Positions 63,304 to 64,000 of a stretch of 64,000 bases of DNA are shown here, in pieces. The translations under genes and the position numbers were made by a program. This DNA comes from an uncultured Halieaceae bacterium (GTDB taxonomy: Bacteria; Pseudomonadota; Gammaproteobacteria; Pseudomonadales; Halieaceae): positions 16,960 to 80,959 of the forward strand of contig CAXBPV010000016.1 in NCBI GenBank assembly GCA_963977655.1, in the 5' to 3' direction. Positions within the stretch are counted from its first letter, which is position 1; each line of letters opens with the position of its first letter. A model generated the notes under the pieces. That model searched no databases and had not been told where the DNA came from. It saw nothing but the letters and a program-made list of their open reading frames with translations.

Positions 63304-64000
63304 ATGTCCTCCCCTGAAGATCAGCCAGCACCGCCAACCCCCACTGTGTCGATCCGGCAAGGCATCTACCCCGGGTGGTGGATCGTTTTTGCGACGGCTT
63401 CCGGGCAGCTGATTCAAGGGGGCTTTGTATTTTGGTGCATGGGGCTCTACACCGCGACATTTGAAGATGTCTTTGGTGCGCCCAGGGCCCAGATCAACCT
63501 CATTGAGACCTGCCTGACCGTGGCCACTAATCTTCTCTCACCGGTTGCCGGCATCCTCATTGACCGCTGGTCTATCCGGCACCTCATGATCATTGGCATG
63601 ATTGCCATGGGACTGGGACTCATGATTCTGAGTCAGGCGGGCACCCTATTTCATGTCTGGGTGGTCTGGGCCAGTTTGATTCCACTTGGGGTCCTGCTTA
63701 TTGGCGCCATCCCCAGTGCGGCGCTGGTCAGCCGCTGGTTTATCCGTCGGCGCGGCCTGGCTTTGGGGCTGACCGCGACAGGGAGTTCTCTCGGTGGTTT
63801 TCTGGTGCCCCCGTTGATGACCTGGCTGTTTCTGGGATGGGACTGGCGCACGGGGTTGATGGTTGGCGGCTGTATTTGCTTTGCCGTCATTCCGATCTTC
63901 TACTGGTTATTGCGCAACGAACCCGCCGATCTGGGGCTGAGTGGAGAGGCCGATATCCATGAAGCAGAGGGTGCCGCGGACACCCAGCTAACCCATGCTG
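63304..64000 (+). CDS. MFS transporter, N-terminal 232 aa (3' end outside the window)
   Basis: Not in the ORF track because it has no stop. My own translation from ATG 63304 gives MSSPEDQPAPP...GWWIVFA, then DRW..R and SRWF.RRRGLALG, with 5-6 TM helices. This is typical of an MFS N-domain (oxalate/formate-antiporter-like). Confidence 0.75.
   Translation, partial: MSSPEDQPAPPTPTVSIRQGIYPGWWIVFATASGQLIQGGFVFWCMGLYTATFEDVFGAPRAQINLIETCLTVATNLLSPVAGILIDRWSIRHLMIIGMIAMGLGLMILSQAGTLFHVWVVWASLIPLGVLLIGAIPSAALVSRWFIRRRGLALGLTATGSSLGGFLVPPLMTWLFLGWDWRTGLMVGGCICFAVIPIFYWLLRNEPADLGLSGEADIHEAEGAADTQLTHA

Noticed and set aside
1-64000. CRISPR arrays, prophage, integrative element with integrase, restriction-modification, toxin-antitoxin, retron or other known defence-system hallmarks, and rRNA genes.
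   Set aside because: No repeat-spacer periodicity was found in any ORF-poor stretch. No integrase, reverse transcriptase, Cas-like, methyltransferase/endonuclease pair or defence-type ATPase/nuclease ORFs were recognised. The only mobile gene is the IS481 transposase.

Overview
This is a 64-kb chromosomal segment from a high-GC (about 58% by eye) Gram-negative bacterium. It is most likely a gammaproteobacterium: tRNA-Asp and tRNA-Val are almost identical to the enterobacterial genes, and there is a FabY-type condensing enzyme and a RibBX-type DHBP synthase as in Pseudomonas-like lineages. All family calls come from motif recognition by eye; no searches were run.

About 70 protein genes are supported, mostly metabolic or envelope functions:
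- tdh-kbl, queD, a FabY-like KAS, and thiolase-ribBX.
- An OmpR/HK pair followed by a cupredoxin-FTR1-OMP operon.
- A tight four-gene operon: T_hemolysin-like acyltransferase, adenylating enzyme, TauD-like dioxygenase, SDR.
- lemA plus an M48 peptidase.
- An eight-gene operon (NTF2-like, CoA ligase, MaoC pair, SCPx-type thiolase plus DUF35, Rieske oxygenase, FAD oxidoreductase), with an aldehyde dehydrogenase further downstream.
- An LssY_C protein coupled to a lipase-like lipoprotein.
- A coxMSL-like molybdenum hydroxylase.
- A cluster (VOC, bicupin, TIM barrel, TPR-GT41, FAD oxidase) bracketed by two inverted paralogous genes of unknown family.

RNA genes are tRNA-Val(TAC) and tRNA-Asp(GTC), on the minus strand behind a consensus sigma70 promoter. 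One apparently intact IS481-family element ends about 12 bp from the tRNA-Asp 3' end. It borders a lower-GC islet containing gene remnants. I found no CRISPR array, rRNA, prophage or recognisable defence system.

The strongest non-coding signal is a 329-bp AT-rich spacer between convergent genes (14968-15296). It carries two perfect DnaA boxes, two 7/9 boxes, GATT-led AT 13-mers and a 19-bp palindrome. It also coincides with a switch in coding-strand bias, so it is a candidate oriC or datA/DARS-like locus.

The best candidates for undescribed systems are:
- the T_hemolysin-like operon at 31.8-35.6 kb, next to the metal-uptake operon;
- the paralog-bracketed cluster at 56.2-63.2 kb;
- the CoA-dependent aldolase-type side-chain cleavage operon at 38.4-47.8 kb.
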